Positions 1 to 8,101 of a stretch of DNA of 64,000 nucleotides are shown here, piece by piece. The notes below the pieces were generated by a model, which worked only from the letters and a program-made list of their open reading frames with translations, was not told the origin of the DNA and made no database searches. Numbering within the stretch: position 1 is the stretch's first letter; each line of letters begins with the position of its first letter. The stretch is from positions 124,001 through 188,000 of IMG/VR virus record IMGVR_UViG_3300036944_001324, one strand, 5' to 3'. A program made the translations under genes and the position numbers.

Positions 1-1
1 C

Positions 2-64
2 AAGGCAACTATCAGCTACGTTGGCAAGTACATTGCTGACATGGTGGAAGTGTTCAACAACTAA
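2..64 (+). CDS. 3' end of an upstream gene (partial)
   Basis: Open frame KATISYVGKYIADMVEVFNN ending in TAA at 62-64, followed by a hairpin element. Confidence 0.6.
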   Translation, partial: KATISYVGKYIADMVEVFNN

Positions 65-80
65 TCCCTTGGTTGTAGAA

Positions 81-127
81 ACGGCATAACAAGGAGAGTC
101 CCTTCATCGGGCTCTCCTTTTATGTTG
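81..127. terminator. CATA/TATG-framed hairpin
   Basis: ACGGCATAAC-AAGGAGAGTCC...GGGCTCTCCTT-TTATGTTG. Confidence 0.7.
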
Positions 128-152
128 CTCAACCTATTCCAAAGAGGAAGAT

Positions 153-881
153 ATGGATTTCAGTCAATTGCACCGGGACGCAGCAGCAGTGAAGAAAACT
201 CTGCTGATGACGCCTGGTGATAACAGCGTGTACACCAAGACGGGATGCAAGGTTTACTTCCCGCAGCGCTTCCTTGATCGCTCTATGGCGTTCGTAGGCA
301 GTGAGAACTTGGTCTGCGGTATTGTGGCTATCGTGTTGGAAACCGGCGAGTACGCAGTCTTGTCGGTGAACGCCATGGTTCCGATGGAGCCCGACACAAT
401 CGAGAAGGTTAACTACCTTGGTGTCGATTATGTGGAGTTTGGTTTTGAGCCCGGTGCTCGTGTCATCAAGACCCTTGATTTGGTCAAGAACGACATCTTG
501 GTTTACCGGATCAACAACGAACTTATCTCCAAAGGAAATGTTCCTTGGTACATGGAGTACGACGACATGGCTGCAGTGTTTGATACTGCGGCCAAACATG
601 CAGGCACCAACATCGCTGAAAACAGTGAGGTGACGGAACTCATCGTTTCATTGATCGCGCGTGACCAAGAAGATCGCACGGTTTACTACCGCTCGACTAT
701 CAACACGCCAGAAGAGATGAAAGCCAAGAAAGTAGCATGGATCGCCATGATGAGCGCTGCTTACTCAGCGACCAATACCCTGAACAAACTAGGCGGCAGC
801 TACTTCACTGAAGGTGCTTTGTCCGCTATGGTCTATCCGACTGAACGTGTGGAGAAGATCGAAGAGTTGATCCGAGCCTGA
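153..881 (+). CDS. Conserved phiKZ-like protein, probably the virion RNAP beta' C-terminal fragment (phiKZ gp176/SPN3US gp244-like)
   Basis: 242 aa, SD GAGGA. C-terminus ATNTLNKLGGSYFTEGALSAM resembles the beta' C-terminal region. Lies near the prohead protease as in related phages (recalled synteny). Confidence 0.5.
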   Translation: MDFSQLHRDAAAVKKTLLMTPGDNSVYTKTGCKVYFPQRFLDRSMAFVGSENLVCGIVAIVLETGEYAVLSVNAMVPMEPDTIEKVNYLGVDYVEFGFEPGARVIKTLDLVKNDILVYRINNELISKGNVPWYMEYDDMAAVFDTAAKHAGTNIAENSEVTELIVSLIARDQEDRTVYYRSTINTPEEMKAKKVAWIAMMSAAYSATNTLNKLGGSYFTEGALSAMVYPTERVEKIEELIRA

Positions 882-884
882 GTC

Positions 885-1154
885 ATGGAAGACGCGGCTT
901 TCGATCAGTTCACGTTCGTCATGTTGATCATGACGCTCAAAGAGATCGCTCACACTGAGATCTTTCGGACCAACCAAGAACGCTCTAAGCGTTTCGCCAC
1001 GAATTACCCGACGCTCATGGCGGGCGGTTACGTGTGTAGTTGGGGGGTTACCCTATGGTTGTTGTTTGACAACGCTCCAGCGGCCATTGCGGGCTTCCTA
1101 GCGGCATTCCTGTGGGAGGTTCTCATGACACCTACAGCTGGCCGTAAAAAGTAG
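885..1154 (+). CDS. Small membrane protein
   Basis: 89 aa with 2-3 hydrophobic segments and a basic C-terminus (GRKK). Confidence 0.55.
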   Translation: MEDAAFDQFTFVMLIMTLKEIAHTEIFRTNQERSKRFATNYPTLMAGGYVCSWGVTLWLLFDNAPAAIAGFLAAFLWEVLMTPTAGRKK

Positions 1155-1165
1155 ACATACTACAA

Positions 1166-1204
1166 GCATAAAAGCCAGCCGTAAAAAGCTGGCTTTTATG
1201 CTGT
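1166..1204. terminator. CATA/TATG-framed hairpin
   Basis: GCATAAAAGCCAGC-loop-GCTGGCTTTTATGC, perfect stem. Confidence 0.8.
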
Positions 1205-1224
1205 TTAGTAGGGTGAAGGTAACA

Positions 1225-1250
1225 TTTTTCAGCGATACATCATCGATGTG
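1225..1250 (+). promoter_or_regulatory. Putative phage early promoter
   Basis: TTTTTCAGCGATACATCATCGATGTG matches the repeated consensus TTTCRNNSAYAYATYATCNNTGKG. Confidence 0.7.
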
Positions 1251-1306
1251 TATTGGTACGTCTAAGCGTACAAGCCCTGGCTAGCAACCAGGGTTTTTAT
1301 GCCGTC
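1251..1306 (+). ncRNA. Candidate ~50-nt small RNA or attenuator
   Basis: Promoter motif directly followed by hairpin GTACG/CGTAC and terminator CCCTGG/CCAGGG-TTTTT-ATGCCGTC; no ORF. Confidence 0.4.
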
Positions 1307-1397
1307 TAAATGCAAACTTCTCACTAAACGGATTTTATAAAAACCGGACACCTAATTGCGTGTGTCCGGTATGTCGTTCAATCATCGAAAGAAAAAC

Positions 1398-1823
1398 ATG
1401 CAATACTTGAATCAACTCACTGGTCGTTCTTTCTCTTTGTCTTTGGTGGTTTGTGAGAAAAGAGGTAAAGGGGTAATTGCCTATCTTGTTCCAACACATC
1501 TCGTAGGTAATCCCGTTATTGGGGTTATGGATAGAACGCGCATGACGCCGAGCGACGGAAAACCCTGGTATCCAGTGTTCGAGGGTGACGACCTTATCTC
1601 GGCGCTCGCTGGACTGGAAACTTCTATTTCTGTCGTACTCTCACGGACACGAAACGGCGAGATAATTTCCGTAGAGAAGTTCGCAGCGATGACGTGGAAC
1701 ACAGCAGTGTCCACTATTCAACATAACCGACCCGTTCTGAGTGTTACAGCTATTCTTAAAATGGAAGACATCTCACAGCTCATTCCGCGAGATAAGGCCG
1801 ACCCGCCTTCCTGCGGTATCTAA
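1398..1823 (+). CDS. Hypothetical protein
   Basis: ORF; ATG at 1398 preferred over the upstream TTG. Confidence 0.6.
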   Translation: MQYLNQLTGRSFSLSLVVCEKRGKGVIAYLVPTHLVGNPVIGVMDRTRMTPSDGKPWYPVFEGDDLISALAGLETSISVVLSRTRNGEIISVEKFAAMTWNTAVSTIQHNRPVLSVTAILKMEDISQLIPRDKADPPSCGI

Positions 1824-1832
1824 GGGGTTATC

Positions 1833-2219
1833 ATGAAAGACTTTTTCACATCTGAAGTTTTGCACCCTACTGGGTTTGCCAAGATGCAGGACAAAGACGC
1901 CGTTCGTCACAAAATCGGATTGATCTTAGCCGGTGCAGATCACGCCTATTTGATCCTCGCTGACCATCCTCTTGGTCTCTACGATAAGGACAAACTTCAC
2001 GAACACCAAGAAAGCTTTCGCAAAGAAGTTTCTGCTATCGTGGTGCAAGCCAGTTACGTACTGGACAACTTAACCCAGTGGGGTGTTTGTCCTGAAGCAG
2101 ATAAGAACATGCTGGACTTCGTGATTGCAAAAGCATGGGGTAATCACCATGCGTTGGTGCGGTTGATGGATGAGGAATGTCATGTAGCAAAGTTATCGAA
2201 AGGTACTTTGAAGCATTAA
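1833..2219 (+). CDS. Hypothetical protein
   Basis: 128 aa ORF with SD AAGGGG. Confidence 0.65.
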   Translation: MKDFFTSEVLHPTGFAKMQDKDAVRHKIGLILAGADHAYLILADHPLGLYDKDKLHEHQESFRKEVSAIVVQASYVLDNLTQWGVCPEADKNMLDFVIAKAWGNHHALVRLMDEECHVAKLSKGTLKH

Positions 2220-2347
2220 AGGAAAGTCACTACAGGACGAAGACAGGAATTATGTGTACGTAATTCCCTGACACCATAAACCCCCTTAGTAGCTACAAGG
2301 CTACTAAGGGATCTTTATCGGGGTCTTTCTTTTCTTATCTTCGCCCT

Positions 2348-3097
2348 ATGAACAACATTCGTTTTACCTGCACCTCGCTGGCTAACACCGGCAAGAAAGG
2401 CATCTTGGTGCCTGATGCCGATGGTTACTACACACAAACCATCGGTGGCTTGTCCATCTTCAATTCGGCTGGTCATTTCTACGAAGCCAATCGTGCAGCG
2501 TTGTCTCTCTTTGAGAACTCGTCTGCGTTCATGCGACGTGTCAAACGCGGCGCCCTTCGTGCTGAAGTCGACCATCCCGAATGGAAGAAAGGCATGACTG
2601 AGGATGAGTACGCTGCACGGATGATGACCATCGACCCCCGCAACGAATGCGCCCACTTCTCCGAGATCTTCCTTGACACGAAGAACTTCAAGAATGCAGA
2701 TGGAACTCCCGTGGTTGCTATCATGGGTAAGTTCAAGCCTTCCGGCGTGCACGGCGAAATGCTGCAAAAGAAAGTGGACAATGGCAAAGAGAACGTTTGC
2801 TTCTCTATCCGAGCTTTCACCCAGGACACCTACCAACGTGGCGTACGTCATCGCACGTTGTGCGAAGTCATCACGTTCGACTACGTGAACGAACCTGGCA
2901 TCCACATCGCTGAGAAATTCAAGAGCCCGACGCTTGAGAGCTACGTGGACAAGACCTGGACCCGTGAAACCATCGAGAAGGCTTGCGATCGTCAAGTCCT
3001 GAACTTCGGTCGTGAGTCCGTCACCCTGAGCAAAGAACAGTTGTTCGAGAGCTTCGGTTGGAAAGAACAATCGATGCCTGGCTTTACCCGCTGGTAA
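2348..3097 (+). CDS. Prohead (head maturation) protease, phiKZ gp175-like
   Basis: Catalytic-His motif AEVDHP, catalytic-Ser motif CFSIR, ITFDYVNEPGI, and a C-terminal PTLES autocleavage-type site. Confidence 0.85.
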   Translation: MNNIRFTCTSLANTGKKGILVPDADGYYTQTIGGLSIFNSAGHFYEANRAALSLFENSSAFMRRVKRGALRAEVDHPEWKKGMTEDEYAARMMTIDPRNECAHFSEIFLDTKNFKNADGTPVVAIMGKFKPSGVHGEMLQKKVDNGKENVCFSIRAFTQDTYQRGVRHRTLCEVITFDYVNEPGIHIAEKFKSPTLESYVDKTWTRETIEKACDRQVLNFGRESVTLSKEQLFESFGWKEQSMPGFTRW

Positions 3098-3103
3098 TCC
3101 GGT

Positions 3104-3150
3104 AACAACATAAAAAGAGCCTTCCTTTACGGGAAGGCTCTTATGCCGTC
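3104..3150. terminator. CATA/TATG-framed hairpin
   Basis: AACATAAAAAGAGCCTTCC-loop-GGAAGGCTCTTATGCCGTC. Confidence 0.8.
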
Positions 3151-3162
3151 AGAGTTTATATA

Positions 3163-3400
3163 GACGGCATAAACGGCACGTCCGGATTCCCCCACCAGGA
3201 GTGCCGAACGTGCCTTGCTTCAATGAGGACAACATTGATGCTGTTTATGGGTGGGTCAAACAGAGGTGCTTCACAGCAATCCTAACCACCGTTCCGAAGA
3301 ACCGGAGATGCTTCCGTCAATCAACCTTCCCACTGAACTTGCAAAACAGCAGGGGATCAATCACATTATTTATCCCATTCCATCCAGTCTGAACCATCGT
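3163..3400 (-). ncRNA. Candidate structured ncRNA (~230 nt)
   Basis: No credible ORF. Minus strand shows a c(UUCG)g hairpin, several other stems and a terminal GGCACG/CGTGCC hairpin followed by TTTATGCCGTC. Confidence 0.4.
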
Positions 3401-3410
3401 ATCCTAAAAA

Positions 3411-3435
3411 AATTCAATCACACATCATTGATTGG
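3411..3435 (+). promoter_or_regulatory. Putative phage early promoter
   Basis: AATTCAATCACACATCATTGATTGG, near-consensus. Confidence 0.55.
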
Positions 3436-3492
3436 AGATGCATCCACCTCTGGATTGCAGCTTCGATCAACCTAACCTTTCTTTCAACCAAC

Positions 3493-3765
3493 ATGAAGAC
3501 CTTCGATTTTCTTGGTCACGCCTACGATGCTGACCGCGCTACTTTGTTGGTGCGCATGTCTGGGCCTGACATTATGATCAAGGTCGATGACATGGTACTC
3601 ACGAGTGCTAAGCTCGTAACTGACCACTTCAGTTTGCCCTGTGTGGTTCAGCATGAGAACAAGTACCACGCTTTGTCTTTGCCGCAGGACTTCAAAGCCT
3701 CCGGTGAAATCAAAGTGCGCTTGCTCTCGAAACCGACCCTGAAGCGATTCCGGGTTGGTGCGTAA
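3493..3765 (+). CDS. Hypothetical protein
   Basis: 90 aa ORF downstream of the promoter motif. Confidence 0.6.
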   Translation: MKTFDFLGHAYDADRATLLVRMSGPDIMIKVDDMVLTSAKLVTDHFSLPCVVQHENKYHALSLPQDFKASGEIKVRLLSKPTLKRFRVGA

Positions 3766-3966
3766 GGCATGGATTTGGCGGTTTGCCAGGAACTGCTGGC
3801 CGCGCCGGTGCCCGCGTGAGATTCGTCTCATAGCCGACGCCGCGCCGTTTGCAGGTCCGTTTTTGAAACCGTCTCCCCGCTGGCGTAGTTCTCCTCCCTC
3901 CCTCTCGGTTGCCAGCGGGGATCTTTTTTCTTTCTGTCTCTCAACTCTCTTTCAAGGAAAAGCAAC

Positions 3967-4362
3967 ATGTCCAAAGTCGACCTCGACGCGCAATACGTCA
4001 CCCCGATCTATGACCACCTGAAGGCCGGAAACACCGAAGAAGACCTGCACATCAAGACCGCACCCGAAGGCATCACCGGCGACTCCATCAAGCTGCACCA
4101 GACGCACGACATCAACTTCGTGGCCGGCGCCACCCGCGCCGTCACCCGCCTGGCCAAGGAAAACTTCACTGCCAACGACGGCCTGGAATCCGAAACGCAG
4201 ACCCTGGGCATGTCCGGCAAGAACAGCGTCACCGTGACCGCTGAACGCACTGGTGTTGTCAATGTGACCGTGGTCAACCGCGCGGCCGACGCCGGCGCAG
4301 GTGAACTCCGCAAGGCCACCAAGGCCTTCGCCGAGGCCATGAAAGAAGCCCAAGAAGCGTAA
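3967..4362 (+). CDS. Hypothetical protein, predicted highly expressed
   Basis: SD AAGGA. Strong C-ending codon bias like the sheath and chimallin genes. Terminator follows at 4386-4427. Confidence 0.85.
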   Translation: MSKVDLDAQYVTPIYDHLKAGNTEEDLHIKTAPEGITGDSIKLHQTHDINFVAGATRAVTRLAKENFTANDGLESETQTLGMSGKNSVTVTAERTGVVNVTVVNRAADAGAGELRKATKAFAEAMKEAQEA

Positions 4363-4454
4363 CCGCTTCCGGCTTTCCTGCAATCGCAATAAAAGAGAGG
4401 CCGCTCGGGCCTCTCTTTTTTATGCCCTCTTTCATTTTTGTTTCAAATAAAATC

Positions 4455-4964
4455 ATGGCACAAACTAAATACGAACAACTCGAGTTGCTCAGAAAACTGT
4501 CTCTGCGCATCCAGCGTGAGATCGTTGACATCGTCGGAGGGACCCAAAATCTCAAAATGATCAAAGACGTGATTGAAGGAACTCCGGTCGATCCGTCTGC
4601 AGCGGACGTTTTCGACAAGCTCACTGTCGCTCAGGTTTTCAAAGCCGGTCTTCACAACGATCTGGCTGTCTTCCTGCGACTGCAGACTTACCACCGGCGA
4701 GTGCCTGGCCTGCTTCGGGAGCTGGGGGGAGCTCTTGGTGAGAAGAAAACTGGCATGGACAACGAAGCCTGGCTGAAAGTTGTCATCAGTATTGCAGCGC
4801 AGGCAAGCGGAGATACTGACAAACCCACGGAATGGTCCATCCCGTGCTTGGAAGAATTGGTAGACAACCAATTAGTCCTTGAAGATCTGAACCATCTTCG
4901 AAGCCGTAACGTCAACAAGCTTTTCCACAAGCTGGCTTTGAACGTCGCGTGTCCGGCACCCTAA
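4455..4964 (+). CDS. Hypothetical protein
   Basis: ORF from ATG 4455; framed hairpin follows at 4980-5020. Confidence 0.7.
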   Translation: MAQTKYEQLELLRKLSLRIQREIVDIVGGTQNLKMIKDVIEGTPVDPSAADVFDKLTVAQVFKAGLHNDLAVFLRLQTYHRRVPGLLRELGGALGEKKTGMDNEAWLKVVISIAAQASGDTDKPTEWSIPCLEELVDNQLVLEDLNHLRSRNVNKLFHKLALNVACPAP

Positions 4965-5103
4965 TCCACGGAGGACACGACCATATAGGAGGACCCCGAA
5001 GGGTCCTCCTGCTATGCCGTTTCTATTTCTTTTTGGCGATATATGCTCGTCGGGATATGGAGTTCTATCCTGTCTTTTTCATCAACCTTTAAGGAGTATC
5101 CTC

Positions 5104-6309
5104 ATGATCCATCGCAAGCAAAACCCCAATGTTGTTAACACTGTGCAGCAACCCGCCAAGATTACTGACATCACGGCACCCGCAGCTTTCTGTCACATCA
5201 AGCAAGGTCACATGGCTGTTGACGCTATGCATGCCGGTTTGATCAACGCCTACGAGTTGGCGTTGTACAACAGCCCTGCAGGCCTCGCTTACCACATCGT
5301 TAACATCTTCGAGCAAGAAGGTCTGGATGTTTTTATCGGTACCCAGCAAATCGACACGTTGCTCGAGCAAGGTATTTTGGAAGCTGTAGCGGCACTTAAC
5401 AAAGTTCGCAAACAAGTTCCAGAGTTTCTGGCGCAAGTCAACCAGATCCGTGCATACCTGCAAACACGCGACGCTGAGCACATTATCCGACTGTGTAGCG
5501 AAGTGGTGAGCTTCGCCAACAGTGGTAAATCTGAGTCCAGTAGTTTTAATGACACGCTCAGTCAGCAACTCGGCTGGGTAAACATTTCAGGTATTGAGCG
5601 GACCAACTACTTCACTGAACGTACTGCACAAGGTAGTTTTAACGATGTCTTCTGGACTAACGCTCTGAGCGAGATCTATGGATCGAACCTTCTTGCCAAG
5701 GTACGGTACATGAAGAATCCAGAGAGCTGGCCCAATCCAGCTGAAGTTGGTAAACAGCCTGCTGCAAGTTCGCCCCCGGATGTGCGAGACGACAACCCGA
5801 TCATCCGTACGGCTCCCTTCCAAGAAACCAAGGAAGACGATCGTAATCCTACTCCCGAGGAGTTGGTCTACGGTAAGACGGCTGGCGAGATGATCGAGAA
5901 GATGACGAGTGTTCGCTCGACTTCTCTTCTTCTGACTTTGTTCGCTGACGAGTTGTATTCGCGTCGTGACTTGGGGGTCGTGGGGATGGAAAAACTCTTC
6001 ATCGATTTTCAACAAATTGGCTCAGACTCCTTCGAAGAGATGATGGACCTTGCGCGAAGCCAGGACAAAGATGGGTCACTTTGGGTGACACGTTTGGAGA
6101 GCATGAAGGTTGACGAGTTGACCGAACTCATGTTGTGCCACTACAAGGCACTGAGCTACTTCGTTAGTCCGAGTAATAGGTGGAAACTCTCGATGGCGCA
6201 CGAAGACTACTTGTCTGTTTTCAAGACTAAGTTGGTACTGGAAGCTTTTCCAAGTACACCCCTGTCTGTCTGGAAGCAGCTTACTGAGCCGCGGCCTCTT
6301 TGGGAGTAA
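5104..6309 (+). CDS. Hypothetical protein
   Basis: SD AAGGAG before ATG 5104; weak promoter-like motif at 5031-5054. Confidence 0.8.
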   Translation: MIHRKQNPNVVNTVQQPAKITDITAPAAFCHIKQGHMAVDAMHAGLINAYELALYNSPAGLAYHIVNIFEQEGLDVFIGTQQIDTLLEQGILEAVAALNKVRKQVPEFLAQVNQIRAYLQTRDAEHIIRLCSEVVSFANSGKSESSSFNDTLSQQLGWVNISGIERTNYFTERTAQGSFNDVFWTNALSEIYGSNLLAKVRYMKNPESWPNPAEVGKQPAASSPPDVRDDNPIIRTAPFQETKEDDRNPTPEELVYGKTAGEMIEKMTSVRSTSLLLTLFADELYSRRDLGVVGMEKLFIDFQQIGSDSFEEMMDLARSQDKDGSLWVTRLESMKVDELTELMLCHYKALSYFVSPSNRWKLSMAHEDYLSVFKTKLVLEAFPSTPLSVWKQLTEPRPLWE

Positions 6310-6316
6310 TGCTTTA

Positions 6317-6360
6317 ACGGCATAAAAAGAGGCTCCCGCAAGGGAGCCTCTTATGCTGTC
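6317..6360. terminator. Bidirectional CATA/TATG-framed hairpin between convergent genes
   Basis: ACGGCATAAAAAGAGGCTCCC-GCAA-GGGAGCCTCTTATGCTGTC. Confidence 0.85.
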
Positions 6361-6375
6361 TATTTCTTTTTTTGT

Positions 6376-8037
6376 TTAGACGGAGTGCAGCGGAACTGCA
6401 ACTACACCCAAACGCAAATCACCTTGGTCGGTACGGCGGATGAATTCCATCTGCAGATTCGACTGAGAAGACAGGTTCAGGGATACCGTGAACTCTTGGT
6501 TCCACATGGAGATGGGAACTTCAGAACGCGCAGCACCGATGAACATGGCAATGTGAGTAGGCTCTGGAGCCTTTTGCTCTTTGCGAAGGTCGTACAGCGG
6601 CTTGGAGTCGTAGAAGACCCGGTCAAGCCAGTCGTTGAAGTTGGTGATACCTGCACGGATGTTAAGACGCCAGAGGTTCTGGTTGATCATGTTCACCTGG
6701 GCGCTCAAAGCTTCACCGAACAAAGGTTCTTGGTTAGGCTCGAAAGCCAGCTTCCAGTTAGCACCTGCAACCGTTCCAGGGCTCATCAAGACCACTGTCT
6801 GGGTTTGGGTGTGGATGAAGCTTGGGAGGGCTTGCGAGACATCCTTGAGGTTGACGCGCACCGAGAGCTTCTGCACCAGACCGTAACCAACAGGATTGAA
6901 GACGTCCGAGCTTTGGTTGAAGTAGATGTAGGGTGTCACATCGAACATGACATCACGGTTCAGATCGCTCATGAACCAGCGCATCTGGTATTCAGACAGG
7001 TCAGAACGCCAGACAGGGTAGCCAGAGAGCTTGATCGTGAAGGCGCCGCGCTGCTCGGTTGTCACCAGATCGTACGGTTCAGCGATGTGCTTTCCGTCCG
7101 CCGATACGAGCTGTCCGTACGCCACTTCCGTGGTGTCAAGACGGTAGCGCAAAACCAGAGGAACGTGCTGGCCAGGGTAAGTACCTACGAAGCGCTCCAG
7201 ACCCAGCAGGGAGAACTTGCCACCGTCTACAGGCAGCAAGATACTGGAGCCGTCCGAGTAGTGGACTCGGCCGAACATGTTCATCGCTTGCAGTGGAACG
7301 TTGATCGGGTATTCGATCACGTGATCGTCCGTCTGACTCATGAAAGGCGATTCCAGCGTTACGTGCGAGACGTAACGCGTGTCAGCGGCCAGGTCAGGGA
7401 TGAAAGAGCTGTTGTTGACCCAGAGAGTACGGCGGGATACTTCCCCACCTTCAGCCGTGTAGATCACAGCAGTGACCATCGCGCCATCAACGAGTTCTTC
7501 GTTGGTGTAGCACGTAGGGATGACCTTGATGCCGTGGTTTTCATGGGTGTCCATGGCCACCAACACGAGGGGGATGTTGTGCGTCAGGAACGTACCGTTT
7601 TGGTCGTACAGCATACCCAAGACATGGCCCGAAGCAGAGATGTTCGTGCCTTTGAAGATCTTGGCGTATGCGGCGGTATCTGCGTGCAGTTTCAGGCGTG
7701 CGTCAACATGCAGCTTGTGCGGTGTCACGCTCGAATCGAGATAGATCCGGTACGTATCAGGCTGAGAGCCCACACCAGCGGCAAGCAGTTCACCTTCATT
7801 GGAAGTGCCGTTGGTGATGTCTTCGTAGGTCGGTACCAGCGTCAATGGATCGATCGCTGTGACGCGATACCGCTGGTCAGTGATGGGGTTGATCAAGTGA
7901 TCACGCACTTTAGGGACGTGTTTGTTCTGACCCGTCACACCGGTGTAGATCTGATCGATGTCCCACAGACGCCACAGAGCGTCCGGGTCGTAAGTGACGG
8001 TATAGCCGTCTGGAGCTTGGATGGTTTGGACTGCCAT
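6376..8037 (-). CDS. Virion structural protein, phiKZ gp26-like
   Basis: 553 aa, beta-rich. Size and position fit the conserved gp26-27-28 block divergent from the sheath. Confidence 0.7.
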   Translation of the reverse strand: MAVQTIQAPDGYTVTYDPDALWRLWDIDQIYTGVTGQNKHVPKVRDHLINPITDQRYRVTAIDPLTLVPTYEDITNGTSNEGELLAAGVGSQPDTYRIYLDSSVTPHKLHVDARLKLHADTAAYAKIFKGTNISASGHVLGMLYDQNGTFLTHNIPLVLVAMDTHENHGIKVIPTCYTNEELVDGAMVTAVIYTAEGGEVSRRTLWVNNSSFIPDLAADTRYVSHVTLESPFMSQTDDHVIEYPINVPLQAMNMFGRVHYSDGSSILLPVDGGKFSLLGLERFVGTYPGQHVPLVLRYRLDTTEVAYGQLVSADGKHIAEPYDLVTTEQRGAFTIKLSGYPVWRSDLSEYQMRWFMSDLNRDVMFDVTPYIYFNQSSDVFNPVGYGLVQKLSVRVNLKDVSQALPSFIHTQTQTVVLMSPGTVAGANWKLAFEPNQEPLFGEALSAQVNMINQNLWRLNIRAGITNFNDWLDRVFYDSKPLYDLRKEQKAPEPTHIAMFIGAARSEVPISMWNQEFTVSLNLSSQSNLQMEFIRRTDQGDLRLGVVAVPLHSV

Positions 8038-8101
8038 AAATCGACAAGGTTAGGAGAAGACAAAGAAAGAGAAACGGCGGAGTTTTACCTCCACCGGATC
8101 A

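Noticed and set aside
885-1154. Holin
   Set aside because: Hydrophobic and small, but no adjacent endolysin or family motif; left as a membrane protein.
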